Shown here piece by piece: positions 19,829-30,828 of a DNA stretch of 49,754 nt (position 1 is the first letter of the stretch; every line of letters begins with the position of its first letter). Where the stretch lies: assembly GCA_963766075.1 (NCBI GenBank), contig CAVYAN010000011.1, forward strand, positions 1 through 49,754, in the 5' to 3' direction. Position numbers and translations under genes: made by a program. The notes beneath the pieces were generated by a model. It saw only the letters and a list, made by a program, of their open reading frames with translations, was not told where the DNA came from and did no database searches. The stretch is from an uncultured cyanobacterium (GTDB taxonomy: Bacteria; Cyanobacteriota; Cyanobacteriia; Leptolyngbyales; Leptolyngbyaceae).

Positions 19829-20737
19829 ATGTCATTTCGCACTCCTGCCGCCATGCCTGATCCCTCTGAATCGAGTCCCCTTGAAGATGTCGTCGAGCAG
19901 GTTATACAGGTGCCCGGTGGGTTTATTATCGGGTTCACCTATCCCCTGCGGGCCTTGCTATTTTTGCAAAAGTCACCCCAGCTATGGCCCTGTGTCGTAG
20001 CACCCATTCTGATCAATTTGGTCCTGGGCATTGGCTTGTATGTTGGGGTTCTGTTTCCGGCCTGGGGGGCGATCGACCAGTGGACTTCGGGATTGCCCAC
20101 CCATTTAACGCAATGGCTGACCCAAATTCCAGCGCAGGTGGCCCACTGGCTAACATGGTTGCCAGTCTGGGCAGGCGTGGTGGATGATGTGCTGCGTTGG
20201 CTGCTCGCAGCGGCGCTTCTGATTGTGACAGGGTTGTTGCTGGTGCAGTTTGGCGCAATTTTGGGAGCCCCATGGTATGGCAACTTGGCGGAGCAGATCG
20301 AACGGCTGTGCATGGGACAATTGCCCGCAGCTCCAATGAGCTTGGCGGGATCCCTGCGGGACATTGGGCGCGCGATCGCCTTCCAAGTCAAGAAACTGCT
20401 GCTGGGGATCGCCCTATTGATCCCCCTGCTCCTCTGCAATTTCCTCCCCGTTCTCGGCAGCGGCATCACCAGCATCGGCGGCACAATTTTGGCGGCTTTG
20501 CTGGTTTGCCTCGATTTCCTCGATGCCCCCCTAGAGCGGCGCAAGTTATCGTTTCGCCATAAGTTGAGCCTCATTGCCCGAACTCTGCCTGCCAGCCTCA
20601 GTTTTAGTCTGGTGTGCTTAGGGTTAGTTAGCGTACCGTTTTTGAATCTGCTGGCGGTGCCGCTGTGCGTTGTCGCAGGGACGTTGTTTAGCTGCGATCG
20701 CATTTTGCCGCGCCTGACCAGCAAGTCGGTGTCATGA
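19829..20737 (+). CDS. EI24/CysZ-like membrane protein
   Basis: Multiple TM helices; GAPWYGNLAEQIE and LDFLDAPLERR motifs. Confidence 0.8.
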   Translation: MSFRTPAAMPDPSESSPLEDVVEQVIQVPGGFIIGFTYPLRALLFLQKSPQLWPCVVAPILINLVLGIGLYVGVLFPAWGAIDQWTSGLPTHLTQWLTQIPAQVAHWLTWLPVWAGVVDDVLRWLLAAALLIVTGLLLVQFGAILGAPWYGNLAEQIERLCMGQLPAAPMSLAGSLRDIGRAIAFQVKKLLLGIALLIPLLLCNFLPVLGSGITSIGGTILAALLVCLDFLDAPLERRKLSFRHKLSLIARTLPASLSFSLVCLGLVSVPFLNLLAVPLCVVAGTLFSCDRILPRLTSKSVS

Positions 20738-20793
20738 GACGAATCATTTTGGATTTTAGATGTTGGCTAGCACTATGCGCCGCGATGCGCCAT

Positions 20794-20828
20794 CAGACCC
20801 CCGGATTCTTGAAGAATCCGGGGGTCTG
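20794..20828. repeat. Perfect 35-nt palindrome (REP-like or bidirectional terminator)
   Basis: CAGACCCCCGGATTCTT-G-AAGAATCCGGGGGTCTG between convergent genes. Confidence 0.85.
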
Positions 20829-20844
20829 CCTCTGAGGCTAACCG

Positions 20845-22647
20845 TCATCGTGCCGCCGTGAGCCACTGTTTTAATGTGGGCACCACATCCGCGATCGCCA
20901 TTTCCTGCACGTTCTTTGTGGCCCGTTGCACAACTTCTACCTTGCCGTCTTTCAAGGACTTCCCGGTGACGATTCTGTAGGGAATACCAATCAAATCCGC
21001 ATCTTTGAACTTGACCCCGGCTCGTTCACTGCGATCGTCCAGCAGGGTTTCTACACCGGCTTGATTGAGTTCGGTGTAGAGTTGCTCCGCCGCGGCCACT
21101 TGGTCCGCTTTGCTGATGTCGGGGATCACAACAATCGCGTGGTAAGGCGCGATCGCCGGCGGCCAGATGATGCCATCTTTGTCATAGGACTGTTCCACGG
21201 CGGACTGGGCCAATCGGGAAACGCCCACGCCGTAACAGCCCATCACCAGAGGCACTTCCTCGCCCTGCTCACTGGTAAAGGTGGCCTTGAGGGGCGTGGA
21301 ATACTTGGTCCCCAGTTGAAAAATATGGCCAATTTCGATGCCTCGGGCCGTTTGCAACAGTTGACTGGGATCGTGCAGGGCGCGATCGCCCACCGCCGCC
21401 TTGCGCACATCTACCACTAACTGGGGCAGCACAAACTCCCGCCCCCAGTTGGCTCCCACTACGTGATACCCTGCCTCATCCGATCCCGTGGCAAAGTTCT
21501 GTAAATCCACCGCCGTTTGATCCACAAGGCGAAAAAACTTCGACGACGTATTTTTTGACGATTTAATATAGTCATCCGCAAGATTTGGGGCCATATAGCC
21601 CAGGGGCAACGGTTTTGCCGCCCACTTTGCCTGCGCCGCTGCATCGGGAACGGTTAACCCGATCACTGTACTCCCGCCATAGTCCCCAGCCAGTTTAGTC
21701 AGTTCATTTTGCAGTTTGACCTCGTTGACATCCTGATCACCCCGAATGCTGACCAACACCAACACAACTTGGCCATTGTCATAGGTCGTTTCATACAGCA
21801 CGTTTTTCACCACACAGGTGGGCGAGCATTTAAGGAAGCGACTCATTTTCTCGATGGTTTCGGTTCCCGGAGTTGCTAATTTTTCATAGGCGAGGAACGG
21901 GGAAACCGCTGCATCCGCGGGCCGCGACACGGCTTTTTCCACATTGGCTGCGTACTGACCATCTTCGGTATAGAGAATCTCATCTTCTCCAGCGTCCGCG
22001 AGCACCATAAACTCCTGGGAACCGGAACCGCCGATCGCCCCAGAATCCGCATCCACCGCCCGAAACTTTAGCCCACAGCGGCTCAAGATGTTGGTGTAGG
22101 CCGTGTGCATCGCCTGGTAAGTTTCTTTGAGACTGGCCTCATCGGTGTGGAAGGAATAGGCATCCTTCATGATGAATTCCCGGCCCCGCATCAAACCAAA
22201 GCGGGGGCGAATTTCGTCACGGAACTTGGTTTGAATTTGGTATAGCGTCTGAGGCAATTGCCGATAGGACCGAATCATGTCACGGGCGATCGCCGTAATC
22301 ACTTCCTCATGGGTAGGGCCAAGGCCCAGCTCGCGCTGCTGGCGATCAACCAGAGAAAACATAATCCCCTCAGCCTTGGTGTAGGTATCCCAGCGCCCTG
22401 ATTCTTGCCACAGTTCAGCCGGTTGTAGCTGTGGCAGCAGACACTCCTGCGCCCCTGTCGCATTCATTTCCTCCCGCACAATGGTGGAAACTTTTTGCAG
22501 CACACGCCACATCAACGGCAAATAAGCATAGATACCACTGCCAATCCGCCGAATGTAGCCCGCTCGCAGCAGCAGCTTATGACTGGGAATTTCCGCTTCT
22601 GCCGGATCTTCCCGCAGGGTAACAAACAGCAATTGAGAGAGTCGCAT
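20845..22647 (-). CDS. proS: Proline--tRNA ligase
   Basis: Motifs [43 protein letters not shown] and [10 protein letters not shown]. Confidence 0.98.
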   Translation of the reverse strand: MRLSQLLFVTLREDPAEAEIPSHKLLLRAGYIRRIGSGIYAYLPLMWRVLQKVSTIVREEMNATGAQECLLPQLQPAELWQESGRWDTYTKAEGIMFSLVDRQQRELGLGPTHEEVITAIARDMIRSYRQLPQTLYQIQTKFRDEIRPRFGLMRGREFIMKDAYSFHTDEASLKETYQAMHTAYTNILSRCGLKFRAVDADSGAIGGSGSQEFMVLADAGEDEILYTEDGQYAANVEKAVSRPADAAVSPFLAYEKLATPGTETIEKMSRFLKCSPTCVVKNVLYETTYDNGQVVLVLVSIRGDQDVNEVKLQNELTKLAGDYGGSTVIGLTVPDAAAQAKWAAKPLPLGYMAPNLADDYIKSSKNTSSKFFRLVDQTAVDLQNFATGSDEAGYHVVGANWGREFVLPQLVVDVRKAAVGDRALHDPSQLLQTARGIEIGHIFQLGTKYSTPLKATFTSEQGEEVPLVMGCYGVGVSRLAQSAVEQSYDKDGIIWPPAIAPYHAIVVIPDISKADQVAAAEQLYTELNQAGVETLLDDRSERAGVKFKDADLIGIPYRIVTGKSLKDGKVEVVQRATKNVQEMAIADVVPTLKQWLTAAR

Positions 22648-22779
22648 CGTCGCTTCCTTTTTCAGACATCCGTGAACCTCCAATCAGTCTAAGGCATCTC
22701 AGGCATCTCGCAGGGTCAACTCCCCTTGCCGATTCTCGCTGCCGATCAATCATGCCAAGGGCCAAACCAAAGACCCAAT

Positions 22780-23310
22780 TTAGACCGACGTGACCAAGCG
22801 CTTGCGCAGAGATTCGGCGCGACGCTTGGCAGTTTCATTGTCAGGGGCGATCGCCAACGCTTGCTCATAGGCTTCTAGCGCTTGGGGCATCAATTGCTTT
22901 TTCTCATAGGCATGGCCCAAATTATTGAATGCTGTCACATAATTGGCACTTAGCTTGACCGCTTCTTTGTACTGCTTAATCGCTAAATCGTATTGCTCTT
23001 GAGCAAAGTAGGAAAACCCCAGGGCATTGTAAATTGGGGCTGTTGCTTCCGGGGCCACTTCCTCAGCTTTCAGTGCCTTTTGGAACAACAAAATCGCCTG
23101 GGAAAATATCTTTTTATCAAGATAGATACTCCCTAACTCGTAATATTCCTGGGCCGTTCCCTGCTCTTTGGCGACCTTATCCTGCAAGCGAGACAGCGCC
23201 ATCTCCGTTTTGCGTGTCTTGAGGATTTGCCGCGTCACGGTCACACCCGCCGCCACCAGCAGTCCCAGCAACAGCGAAAGATAGAAAATGGGCAATGCAG
23301 AAGAATCCAT
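22780..23310 (-). CDS. ycf37: TPR protein, Ycf37-like
   Basis: N-terminal TM helix followed by TPRs (IYNALGFSYFAQEQY, AFNNLGHAYEKK). Confidence 0.75.
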   Translation of the reverse strand: MDSSALPIFYLSLLLGLLVAAGVTVTRQILKTRKTEMALSRLQDKVAKEQGTAQEYYELGSIYLDKKIFSQAILLFQKALKAEEVAPEATAPIYNALGFSYFAQEQYDLAIKQYKEAVKLSANYVTAFNNLGHAYEKKQLMPQALEAYEQALAIAPDNETAKRRAESLRKRLVTSV

Positions 23311-23467
23311 AATTTTGAGGGTGATTAATGGGGTAATTAATGCAGCGATTACTATTCGGTTATTGAATCGGTTGTTTAGAATAACGGTGACTGTTCGGTT
23401 ATTTAGAATAATGGCGAACAGTAGCCATTGTTATCAGGACCAGCGGTTTACGGTTGGTGCCGTCCCC

Positions 23468-24271
23468 CTAGGGCAATCCCCAATAGGCCGCCCGCGATCG
23501 CAGCCATCCTTCCGCCTTCCATTTTCTCAGAATTTCGTCGATTCGGCGGTGCAGTTCATCAGATTGCAGCCCCTTGGCGAGGACAATGCAGAGCGGCACA
23601 GCCGAAAGCGTCGGCGTGAGTAGACGGTACTGCGGCAACTCTTGGACCCACCCACTGAGCACCGAGGCATCGGCAGCAAAGGCGATCGCCGCCCCCGATT
23701 CCACCGCCACCCGCCCCGCTTGGTAGGAATCGACGGACAGCAGATTAGCGTTCGGCAAGCGATAATGGAGCGTTTCAATCGCCGCCGAACCCTGAAGCAC
23801 AGCAATGGTTTGGGTCGTGAGATCGCTCACAGACCGCACCGTTGGATCGCGGGTCACCAAGGCTAACCCATCAGAATAATAGGGCAGACTAAAGGCGACA
23901 ACGCGAGCCCGCGCCGGAGTACAGGTCACTTGGGCGATCGCCACATCCACCGTCCCTTCAATCACGAGCTGCAAACGCTCCTGATTCAGAACGGGTTTCA
24001 GGACAATCGCATCTTTACGCCCCAACAACTCCGCCGCCAATCCCTGGGCAATGTCAATTTCAAAGCCCTGCAATCGACCCTCATCATTCCGAAATCCCAG
24101 GGGTCGCAGATTGTCTTTAACAGCAACAATTAATTGCCCCCGCGCTTGAATCGTCTGTAGATCCGCCGCATCAACAGGCAAGCCGCAAAAAAATAGGGGT
24201 ATCCCTGCGGCTACCCCCACTAGGCATGGGCCTAAACTAAATTGCATCCAGTGAGGCCACCATGCCACCAT
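23468..24271 (-). CDS. Amino-acid ABC transporter substrate-binding protein (family 3)
   Basis: IVAVKDNLRPLGF and GFEIDIA motifs. Start uncertain. Confidence 0.85.
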   Translation of the reverse strand: MVAWWPHWMQFSLGPCLVGVAAGIPLFFCGLPVDAADLQTIQARGQLIVAVKDNLRPLGFRNDEGRLQGFEIDIAQGLAAELLGRKDAIVLKPVLNQERLQLVIEGTVDVAIAQVTCTPARARVVAFSLPYYSDGLALVTRDPTVRSVSDLTTQTIAVLQGSAAIETLHYRLPNANLLSVDSYQAGRVAVESGAAIAFAADASVLSGWVQELPQYRLLTPTLSAVPLCIVLAKGLQSDELHRRIDEILRKWKAEGWLRSRAAYWGLP

Positions 24272-24283
24272 GCCAATTATTCC

Positions 24284-24640
24284 TTACGACTTGGCAGCTT
24301 TTGCCAGTTCCATCACCTTCGTAAATCCATCGGGATCCAAAATTGCCATTTGGGACAGCATCTTACGATTGATTTGGATGTTGGCCTTTTTCAAATTGCC
24401 AATCAGTTGGCTATAGCTCATGCCGTGCATCCGAGCAGCAGCGTTGATCCGCGTGATCCACAGCCGCCGAAAATCACGTTTCCGCTTGCGGCGATCGCGG
24501 TAGGCATTCCGCAATGCCTTCATCACCTGTTGGTTCGCTGTCCGGAACAACCGCGAATGAGAACCCCGGAACCCCTTCGCCAACTTTAAAATCTTCTTGC
24601 GGCGCTTACGGGCCACATTACCGCGCTTTACTCTTGCCAT
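24284..24640 (-). CDS. rplT: 50S ribosomal protein L20
   Basis: [26 protein letters not shown]. Confidence 0.99.
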   Translation of the reverse strand: MARVKRGNVARKRRKKILKLAKGFRGSHSRLFRTANQQVMKALRNAYRDRRKRKRDFRRLWITRINAAARMHGMSYSQLIGNLKKANIQINRKMLSQMAILDPDGFTKVMELAKAAKS

Positions 24641-24775
24641 TCATCAGTCCTCTACTTTCAATTGAATTAGGTTGCGTTCATCAAGGCCGGATCCAGGCAG
24701 TAGACAGCCTTACTCCAAGCTTTCAAGTCAATTCATTTCAGGTCAATCAGCGTAATACTCATCAGCCACGACCCA

Positions 24776-24973
24776 TTACAGGTAGGGCAGCATCGCTCTG
24801 ACATTGTCTACATCCCGCTCGTTCACAACAGCCATGCCAAACAAGCGCCGCTTCCGAGACGAACCCTTGTGCTCCAGCAAGTGAGCCCTAAAGCTCTTGC
24901 GGCGCATAACCTTACCGCTACCAGTGGCACGAAACCGCTTAGCCGCAGCCTTGCGTGATTTTAACTTTGGCAT
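24776..24973 (-). CDS. rpmI: 50S ribosomal protein L35
   Basis: [14 protein letters not shown]...MLPYL. Confidence 0.98.
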   Translation of the reverse strand: MPKLKSRKAAAKRFRATGSGKVMRRKSFRAHLLEHKGSSRKRRLFGMAVVNERDVDNVRAMLPYL

Positions 24974-25242
24974 AATCGCCTCAATCCCAAAAATTTTAGA
25001 CACGGCTTTCTATCCTACTATGACAAAGCCGGTTCAAGCAATGCCCAGAATCCAAGAATCCGCCCAGATTAGAACGAAAATTGCTGGAAATCGTTCTCTA
25101 CGCTCTTGACAGAATCGGACTGGGTTGACGATACTAGTATGCTGACTAAATTAGTTTATGCTCGGACCAGGTTTCCTTTAGTCAAATGCGGCAGGCAGGG
25201 TTTTTCCTCCTCCCGCTACCTGTACGGCACCGGAGTTTATTG

Positions 25243-25560
25243 ATGACGACTTACGCAATTATTGAAATCGGTGGGACTCAACTGCGCGTTGAGCCAGGTC
25301 GCTTTTACGATGTCAATCGCTTGGCAGCAGAACCTGACGAAACCGTTACCCTCGATCAAGTCTTGTTTTTGCAAGAAGATGGAAAAGTTACTGTGGGGCA
25401 ACCCTGGGTCGCTGGGGCCAAGGTGGAAGCAAAGGTGCTGAAGCAAATGCGCGGACGCAAGGTGATTGTCTATAAGATGCAACCCAAAAAGAAAACCCGC
25501 AAAAAGCAAGGGCATCGCCAAGAGCTAACCCGGATATTGGTGGAAAGCATCACAGCTTAA
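25243..25560 (+). CDS. rplU: 50S ribosomal protein L21
   Basis: [16 protein letters not shown]...[10 protein letters not shown]. Confidence 0.97.
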   Translation: MTTYAIIEIGGTQLRVEPGRFYDVNRLAAEPDETVTLDQVLFLQEDGKVTVGQPWVAGAKVEAKVLKQMRGRKVIVYKMQPKKKTRKKQGHRQELTRILVESITA

Positions 25561-25585
25561 AGATGCTGCGGCAGGCATCGCCTTT

Positions 25586-25665
25586 CAAGACATTACGGCC
25601 AAAACACCAAGGCCCCGCCAAGACACTAAGGCATGGCCAAGACACTAAGGCCAACACATTACGGC
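25586..25665. repeat. Degenerate ~14-nt repeats (CCAAGACACTAAGG-like) between rplU and rpmA
   Basis: Five imperfect copies seen directly. Confidence 0.65.
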
Positions 25666-25689
25666 TTAAATATTACGGAGAATCTCACC

Positions 25690-25974
25690 ATGGCTCACAA
25701 GAAAGGGACAGGCAGTACTCGTAACGGTCGCGATTCTAATGCGCAACGCCTGGGCGTTAAGAGCTACGGCGGACAAACCGTGAAGGCGGGTAGCATTTTG
25801 ATTCGGCAACGGGGGACCAAAGTTCATCCCGGCAACAACGTTGGACGAGGCAGCGATGACACATTATTTGCTCTCGTTCCCGGTGTGGTTACCTTCGAGC
25901 GCTACGGCAAGAGCCGGAAGAAAGTCAGCGTTTATCCTGTCACGGTAGAAGACGCTACGCCCGCACTAGTTTAG
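25690..25974 (+). CDS. rpmA: 50S ribosomal protein L27
   Basis: [24 protein letters not shown]. Confidence 0.99.
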   Translation: MAHKKGTGSTRNGRDSNAQRLGVKSYGGQTVKAGSILIRQRGTKVHPGNNVGRGSDDTLFALVPGVVTFERYGKSRKKVSVYPVTVEDATPALV

Positions 25975-26168
25975 CCTGCACGCTCAACTTTGCTTAAATA
26001 ACTATCTTGGGGCTGCTGGCGCTCTCCCAATTGCCAACAACCCCCAACCGTATAACCCTGCCCGCTGATTTAGCATGCAGGGTTTGCGTTTAGAGGGACT
26101 TGTATGCGCCATCATGAGCAATTGGCACGTTGGCTCAGGACTGTCATAGCTAAAATGCGGGCGCGATC

Positions 26169-26825
26169 CTAAAATTCGATTCCCGGTTGTGCCTTGATCC
26201 CTTGTTCGCGAAAGGGGTGTTTGATCAGGGTCATCTCCGTGACTAAATCTGCCTGCTCGATCAGTGCTGGCGGTGCACCCCGCCCCGTCAAAATCACGTG
26301 GGAAGACTCGGGCTTTTCTAGCAATCCGGCTAGTACTTGCTCCACCGTCAAATAGCCTAACTTCAGGGCAATATTCACTTCATCCAGCAGAACTGTCCGA
26401 AACTGGCGATCGCGAATAAATTCCAACGCCTTTGCCCATGCCATCTGGGCCATTTGGCGATCCCGCTCACGATCCTGTGTTTCCCAGGTAAAGCCCTCCC
26501 CCATGGCCAGAAATTCTAGCTGCTCTCCAAACAAGCCAAACACTTGCTTTTCCGCCGGTTCCCAGGCTCCCTTAATGAACTGCACGATCGCCACCCTATA
26601 GCCATGGCCCAGCGATCTCAGCACTATGCCTAGGGCCGCTGTTGTTTTACCCTTGCCATTGCCCGTATGCACAATCACAAGTCCTTTTTCTGCCGCTTTC
26701 TCCGCTAGGCGCTGCTCCTGCACCTGTTTTCGTCGCTGCATTTTCTGCCGATACTGCGCCTCCGAAAGTCCCGGCTCCGGCACAGTGGTGGCATCAATAA
26801 TCGGATCCGTATCGAGAGTAGACAT
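26169..26825 (-). CDS. cobO: Cob(I)yrinic acid a,c-diamide adenosyltransferase
   Basis: Motifs VHTGNGKGKTTAALG, VQFIKG, GEGFTW and ILTGRGAP. Confidence 0.95.
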   Translation of the reverse strand: MSTLDTDPIIDATTVPEPGLSEAQYRQKMQRRKQVQEQRLAEKAAEKGLVIVHTGNGKGKTTAALGIVLRSLGHGYRVAIVQFIKGAWEPAEKQVFGLFGEQLEFLAMGEGFTWETQDRERDRQMAQMAWAKALEFIRDRQFRTVLLDEVNIALKLGYLTVEQVLAGLLEKPESSHVILTGRGAPPALIEQADLVTEMTLIKHPFREQGIKAQPGIEF

Positions 26826-27047
26826 AGATACCCCAGGCCAAGGGGCCCAATCAGAACAAAAAACTAAAGGAGTCCTGATCATAGCGTGTGGATTCCTCGG
26901 AAAGTTCGCATACTCGTACAAAAAAATCCGTGATTCCCCAGACCTGTAACGAAGTATTGATGCTAAATTGAGAGAGTTGCCGTTATTAACTAGAGAAAGT
27001 TGAAAATCCTTGGTTTAACCGGATACCATCTCTTGTGGTACCTGGAA

Positions 27048-27125
27048 ATGAAACTCAAGCGGAAGCGGCAGTGTGACCCAGCCTTATCGTGGGCAGACCG
27101 CTGTGAAGCGCCCAGTATGAACTGA
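27048..27125 (+). CDS. Candidate 25-aa leader peptide (uORF) upstream of speY
   Basis: Translates to MKLKRKRQCDPALSWADRCEAPSMN*. The stop codon forms the start of the 5' arm of an inverted repeat that is followed by a T-run. Confidence 0.45.
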   Translation: MKLKRKRQCDPALSWADRCEAPSMN

Positions 27126-27461
27126 CCGATCTGTAACTGTAGGTTTGTTTTTCGCCGGAGTAATCCCTGGCTCAGCTCAGGTTTTCTCGCACATACAAGC
27201 TGGATCGGTCATTTTCTCCAAAAGAGAATTTAGAGTCCAATATCTTCCACTGGCATTCCCATTGGATAGTGAGTTTTGGTGTGGGGTTTGTGACGGCGAG
27301 GCCGGAACAACGCTCAATATCTGCACCGGGCTTTCTATACCACTCGCGGGAACGCTTTTACACGTGCGACGCTGCAGGGATCTGTTTTCCTGTCGTTTCC
27401 TTGCCGTGCTTGTCCACCTCACGCATGCTTTTATGCTGTTTACCCTTTCGGGAGAAAAAGA

Positions 27462-28652
27462 ATGTCTCAACTGCTCAGCCGTAAAATTGCACCCTCCCCC
27501 ATGCCCACGCAGATCAACGTTGTTGATTTGATCGACAATTATTTCACCGCCTATAACTCTGCGCGTCTGCGCGAAATTTGCCATCTGCTCAGCCAAGAGG
27601 TGATGCAGCCCGGAGTCACCGTCGGAGTCAGTCTCTCTGGAGCGATGACTCCAGCAGGTTTTGGCACTTCGGTGCTGGCACCACTCATGCGAGCAGGCTT
27701 CATCGACTGGATGATTAGCACCGGCGCAAACCTGTACCACGATATGCACTATGGTTTAGGTCTGGACCTCTACGCCAGCCATCCTTTTGTGGACGACGTG
27801 AAACTGCGCCAGGAAGGGCGAATTCGGATTTATGACATTGTGTTTGGCTATGACGTACTGCTAGAAACCGATGCCTTTATTCGCGAGATTCTTAAGGCGG
27901 AACCCTTCCAAAAACGGATGAGCAGCGCCGAGTTTCACTATTTACTAGGCAAGTATGTCCACGCGGTAGAGCAACAAGTGGGCGTGAAGCATCCCAGCTT
28001 ACTGGCAACGGCTTATGAGTGTGGCGTGCCAATCTACACGTCGTCTCCCGGCGATAGCTCCATTGGGATGAACGTGGCAGCCCTCGCTCTAGAAGGCTAC
28101 AAGTTGGTGATTGATCCCTCCTTGGATGTGAATGAAACAGCGGCGATCGCCTATGCTGCCCGCGAAAGTGGTATCCCCGGCATTGAGGGGAAAAGTGCAG
28201 CGGTGATCATCGGCGGCGGCAGTCCCAAGAACTTTTTGCTGCAAACCCAACCGCAACTGCACGAAGTGCTCGGCTTAGCCGAACGGGGGCACGACTACTT
28301 TGTCCAAATCACGGATGCTCGACCGGATACCGGCGGTTTGTCCGGAGCCACACCCAGTGAAGCCGTGAGTTGGGGTAAGGTCGATCCGGAAGAGTTGCCT
28401 AGTACTATCGTTTGCTACACCGACAGCACCATCGCCTTGCCAATCCTAACGGCGTATGTGATGAATCAGTGTGAGCCACGCACGTTAAAACGGTTGTACA
28501 ATCGCCGCGAGATGTTGCTAGCTACCCTCCAAGCCGACTACCTAGCCGCGAAAGAAAGTCCTCCACTGCACCTAGCCCCCCTCCTCCAAGACGAGTCCCA
28601 GCGGGAGCCCGTTGCAACCTATCCCTGTGGCACGCCGATCCGAAAGCGGTAA
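27462..28652 (+). CDS. speY: Deoxyhypusine-synthase-like homospermidine biosynthesis protein
   Basis: Motifs SLSGAMTPAG, ISTGANLYHD, SPGDSSIG, GGGSPKNF and DTGGLSGATPSEAVSWGK. Confidence 0.88.
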   Translation: MSQLLSRKIAPSPMPTQINVVDLIDNYFTAYNSARLREICHLLSQEVMQPGVTVGVSLSGAMTPAGFGTSVLAPLMRAGFIDWMISTGANLYHDMHYGLGLDLYASHPFVDDVKLRQEGRIRIYDIVFGYDVLLETDAFIREILKAEPFQKRMSSAEFHYLLGKYVHAVEQQVGVKHPSLLATAYECGVPIYTSSPGDSSIGMNVAALALEGYKLVIDPSLDVNETAAIAYAARESGIPGIEGKSAAVIIGGGSPKNFLLQTQPQLHEVLGLAERGHDYFVQITDARPDTGGLSGATPSEAVSWGKVDPEELPSTIVCYTDSTIALPILTAYVMNQCEPRTLKRLYNRREMLLATLQADYLAAKESPPLHLAPLLQDESQREPVATYPCGTPIRKR

Positions 28653-28675
28653 ACCTAGAAGCGTTAAAGCTGGGA

Positions 28676-28715
28676 TGAATGGCCCCGCGCCCAACATAAG
28701 GCGCGGGGCCATTCA
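28676..28715 (+). terminator. 16-bp hairpin after speY
   Basis: TGAATGGCCCCGCGCC-CAACATAA-GGCGCGGGGCCATTCA. Confidence 0.75.
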
Positions 28716-28851
28716 AAGTTAATCAAAGAGGCGACGCAACCTGTCAGAAAACCTGGAAAATCCGGAACTTTTTGCAGGCCCTGCCGTCTAGGAAAATTCT
28801 CAGGGGTAGGTAGAGTCGGGAGTAGGTAGAGTCGCCTAGGCGTAGAGTGAG

Positions 28852-29352
28852 ATGATCTTTGGTGGTCAGAGGAAGATTATGCGGGGTTGGATAGGGATCG
28901 GTGTAAGTATCCTCAGCAGTGGCTGGGTGGCGATCGCCACCCAGGGACAAGCCGTCGGGCAAGACGCAAACTTTGATACCTTGACGTTGAGCGCTACGAG
29001 GCCCGTCGGGACGGTTACAGGGTCTACGGGCGGCTCAATTTCTTTGCCCGCCATTATCAGTAATAGCGATCGCCACAACCAAAAATGCCTCGGCTTTGGT
29101 GATCCCACCCCTGACCATTTGCTCATTTTGCAACAGCCCATGGCCAAACTGCAACTGAGCGTAGATAGTAACGGAGCGGGCACCACGCTGGTGGTTGTAG
29201 GACCCGGCGGCATTCGCTGTGGGAATGACACCGGATCTCAAAAGGATGCTAGCCTGACCGATACCCAATGGCAACCCGGCACTTACCGCGTCTGGGTCGG
29301 CACCACCATCCCCGGCATCCGCCGCAACTACAAATTCACGGCCAAACCCTAG
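28852..29352 (+). CDS. Secreted hypothetical protein (PPC-like beta domain)
   Basis: Signal-like N-terminus; PDHLLIL, TTLVVVGPGGIRCGND and GTYRVWVG motifs. Confidence 0.65.
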   Translation: MIFGGQRKIMRGWIGIGVSILSSGWVAIATQGQAVGQDANFDTLTLSATRPVGTVTGSTGGSISLPAIISNSDRHNQKCLGFGDPTPDHLLILQQPMAKLQLSVDSNGAGTTLVVVGPGGIRCGNDTGSQKDASLTDTQWQPGTYRVWVGTTIPGIRRNYKFTAKP

Positions 29353-29460
29353 AGATATTCTTCATCTCCTAGCCATTTTATTTCGGCTCTCCTTCACACT
29401 GCCACGTCCCACCGAACGCTAAGATAGCGATGGTGATTTCTACCAGAGGTGGAGTTCCTC

Positions 29461-30327
29461 GTGCTATCAACGCTTATTACCGATTTTCGGATTATTTTTG
29501 AGCGAGATCCTGCGGCTCGGAATTGGTTAGAGGTTTTATTATGCTATCCGGGGTTGCAGGCGCTGGTATTGCATCGTTTTGCCCATCGTCTATATCGCTT
29601 TCGGTTGCCCTTGGTTCCGCGAATTATTTCCCAATTGTCTCGGTTTTTGACCGGAATTGAAATCCACCCCGGAGCCCAAATCGGCAGGGGCGTCTTTATT
29701 GACCACGGGATGGGCGTAGTGATTGGGGAAACCGCCATTATTGGCAATTATGCGTTGATTTATCAGGGCGTAACCCTCGGGGGCACGGGTAAGGAAAGCG
29801 GTAAGCGTCACCCGACTCTGGGCGAAAACGTCGTGGTCGGAGCCGGGGCGAAGGTGCTGGGTAACCTAGCCATTGGCGATAATGTCCGCATTGGGGCTGG
29901 GTCGGTGGTGCTACGGGATGTGCCATCGAATTGTACCGTTGTGGGTATTCCCGGACGTATTGTATTTCGCTCTGGCGAAAGGGTAGAGCCGTTGGAACAC
30001 GGACGATTGCCTGACTCGGAGGCCCAAGTCATCCGGGCATTGGTCGATCGCATCGAGCAACTAGAGCAACAAATGGTGACACTACGTCAGACAGAAAAGT
30101 CCATGCCTGGGGAGCATTCTGTAGAGCGGATTCCGGCTAGCATTGGCGCTGCCGCAATTTCTTTGGGTTATTCCATGCCTAAAGTGCCTGTGGTGGTGGG
30201 GGCCTCTACGCCGAGCTACTTTGGGACTGAAAGGAGCGTTGCGCAGAATAATTCCCACGAAAACAATCCCCACTGTCAGATCCGTGACCGGGTGATCGAG
30301 GAATTCTTAGACGGTGCCGGGATCTAA
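29461..30327 (+). CDS. cysE: Serine O-acetyltransferase
   Basis: [16 protein letters not shown] and [17 protein letters not shown] motifs. GTG start. Confidence 0.96.
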   Translation: MLSTLITDFRIIFERDPAARNWLEVLLCYPGLQALVLHRFAHRLYRFRLPLVPRIISQLSRFLTGIEIHPGAQIGRGVFIDHGMGVVIGETAIIGNYALIYQGVTLGGTGKESGKRHPTLGENVVVGAGAKVLGNLAIGDNVRIGAGSVVLRDVPSNCTVVGIPGRIVFRSGERVEPLEHGRLPDSEAQVIRALVDRIEQLEQQMVTLRQTEKSMPGEHSVERIPASIGAAAISLGYSMPKVPVVVGASTPSYFGTERSVAQNNSHENNPHCQIRDRVIEEFLDGAGI

Positions 30328-30828
30328 TGCGGACTGGGGCATGTGGCCATCAGTTGGCTCACAGGCCCCAATGCTCACCCAACTACTGGATCCATCCAAC
30401 CCATGCTCCTTTTTCCAAATCGGCGCATTATGTTTTAGCGTATCAATCGCAAATTTGCAGGCAGCAAACGCTTCTGTGCGATGAGGGCAGCCGATCGCGA
30501 CTAAAACACTCATTTCACCAATGCCTAGCCGTCCGGTGCGGTGATGGATGACGACATGGGTCACATCGGTCCAAGTGCGGCGAATGTCTGCGGCAATTTG
30601 CTGAAACACCCGAATCGCCATCGGTTCGTAGGCTTGATATTCCAGAGACACCACCGCTTGCCCATCGGTTTGATTACGGACCATGCCGCTCATCAAGACA
30701 ATTGCCCCATTGGCCCCATCATCGGCCAAGCGATAGACTTCTTCCAGGGAGAGGGGAGCAAAGGTAATCGCAAAATGATCCGCTGTCTGGGCCGCCTCAC
30801 CCGATATTATGGATTTCCCAAGATTCAT
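30307..30828 (-). CDS. moaE: Molybdopterin synthase catalytic subunit
   Basis: [21 protein letters not shown] and [11 protein letters not shown] motifs. The ATG overlaps the pyrB stop. Confidence 0.93.
   Translation of the reverse strand: MNLGKSIISGEAAQTADHFAITFAPLSLEEVYRLADDGANGAIVLMSGMVRNQTDGQAVVSLEYQAYEPMAIRVFQQIAADIRRTWTDVTHVVIHHRTGRLGIGEMSVLVAIGCPHRTEAFAACKFAIDTLKHNAPIWKKEHGLDGSSSWVSIGACEPTDGHMPQSALDPGTV

Noticed and set aside
19939..20724. Long antisense ORFs (also 32170-32826, 15612-16277, 47628-48404, 48179-49111, 49005-49721)
   Set aside because: They are shadow frames of well-supported genes and carry no recognisable motifs.
26950..27461. Known riboswitch (guanidine-I, or cobalamin for the divergent cobO)
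   Set aside because: I could not find the characteristic consensus elements by eye. An Rfam scan would be needed to exclude it fully.
27145..27749. ORF-track ORFs 27145-27531, 27177-27749 and 27269-27484
   Set aside because: They overlap speY or its leader, have atypical composition and show no motifs.
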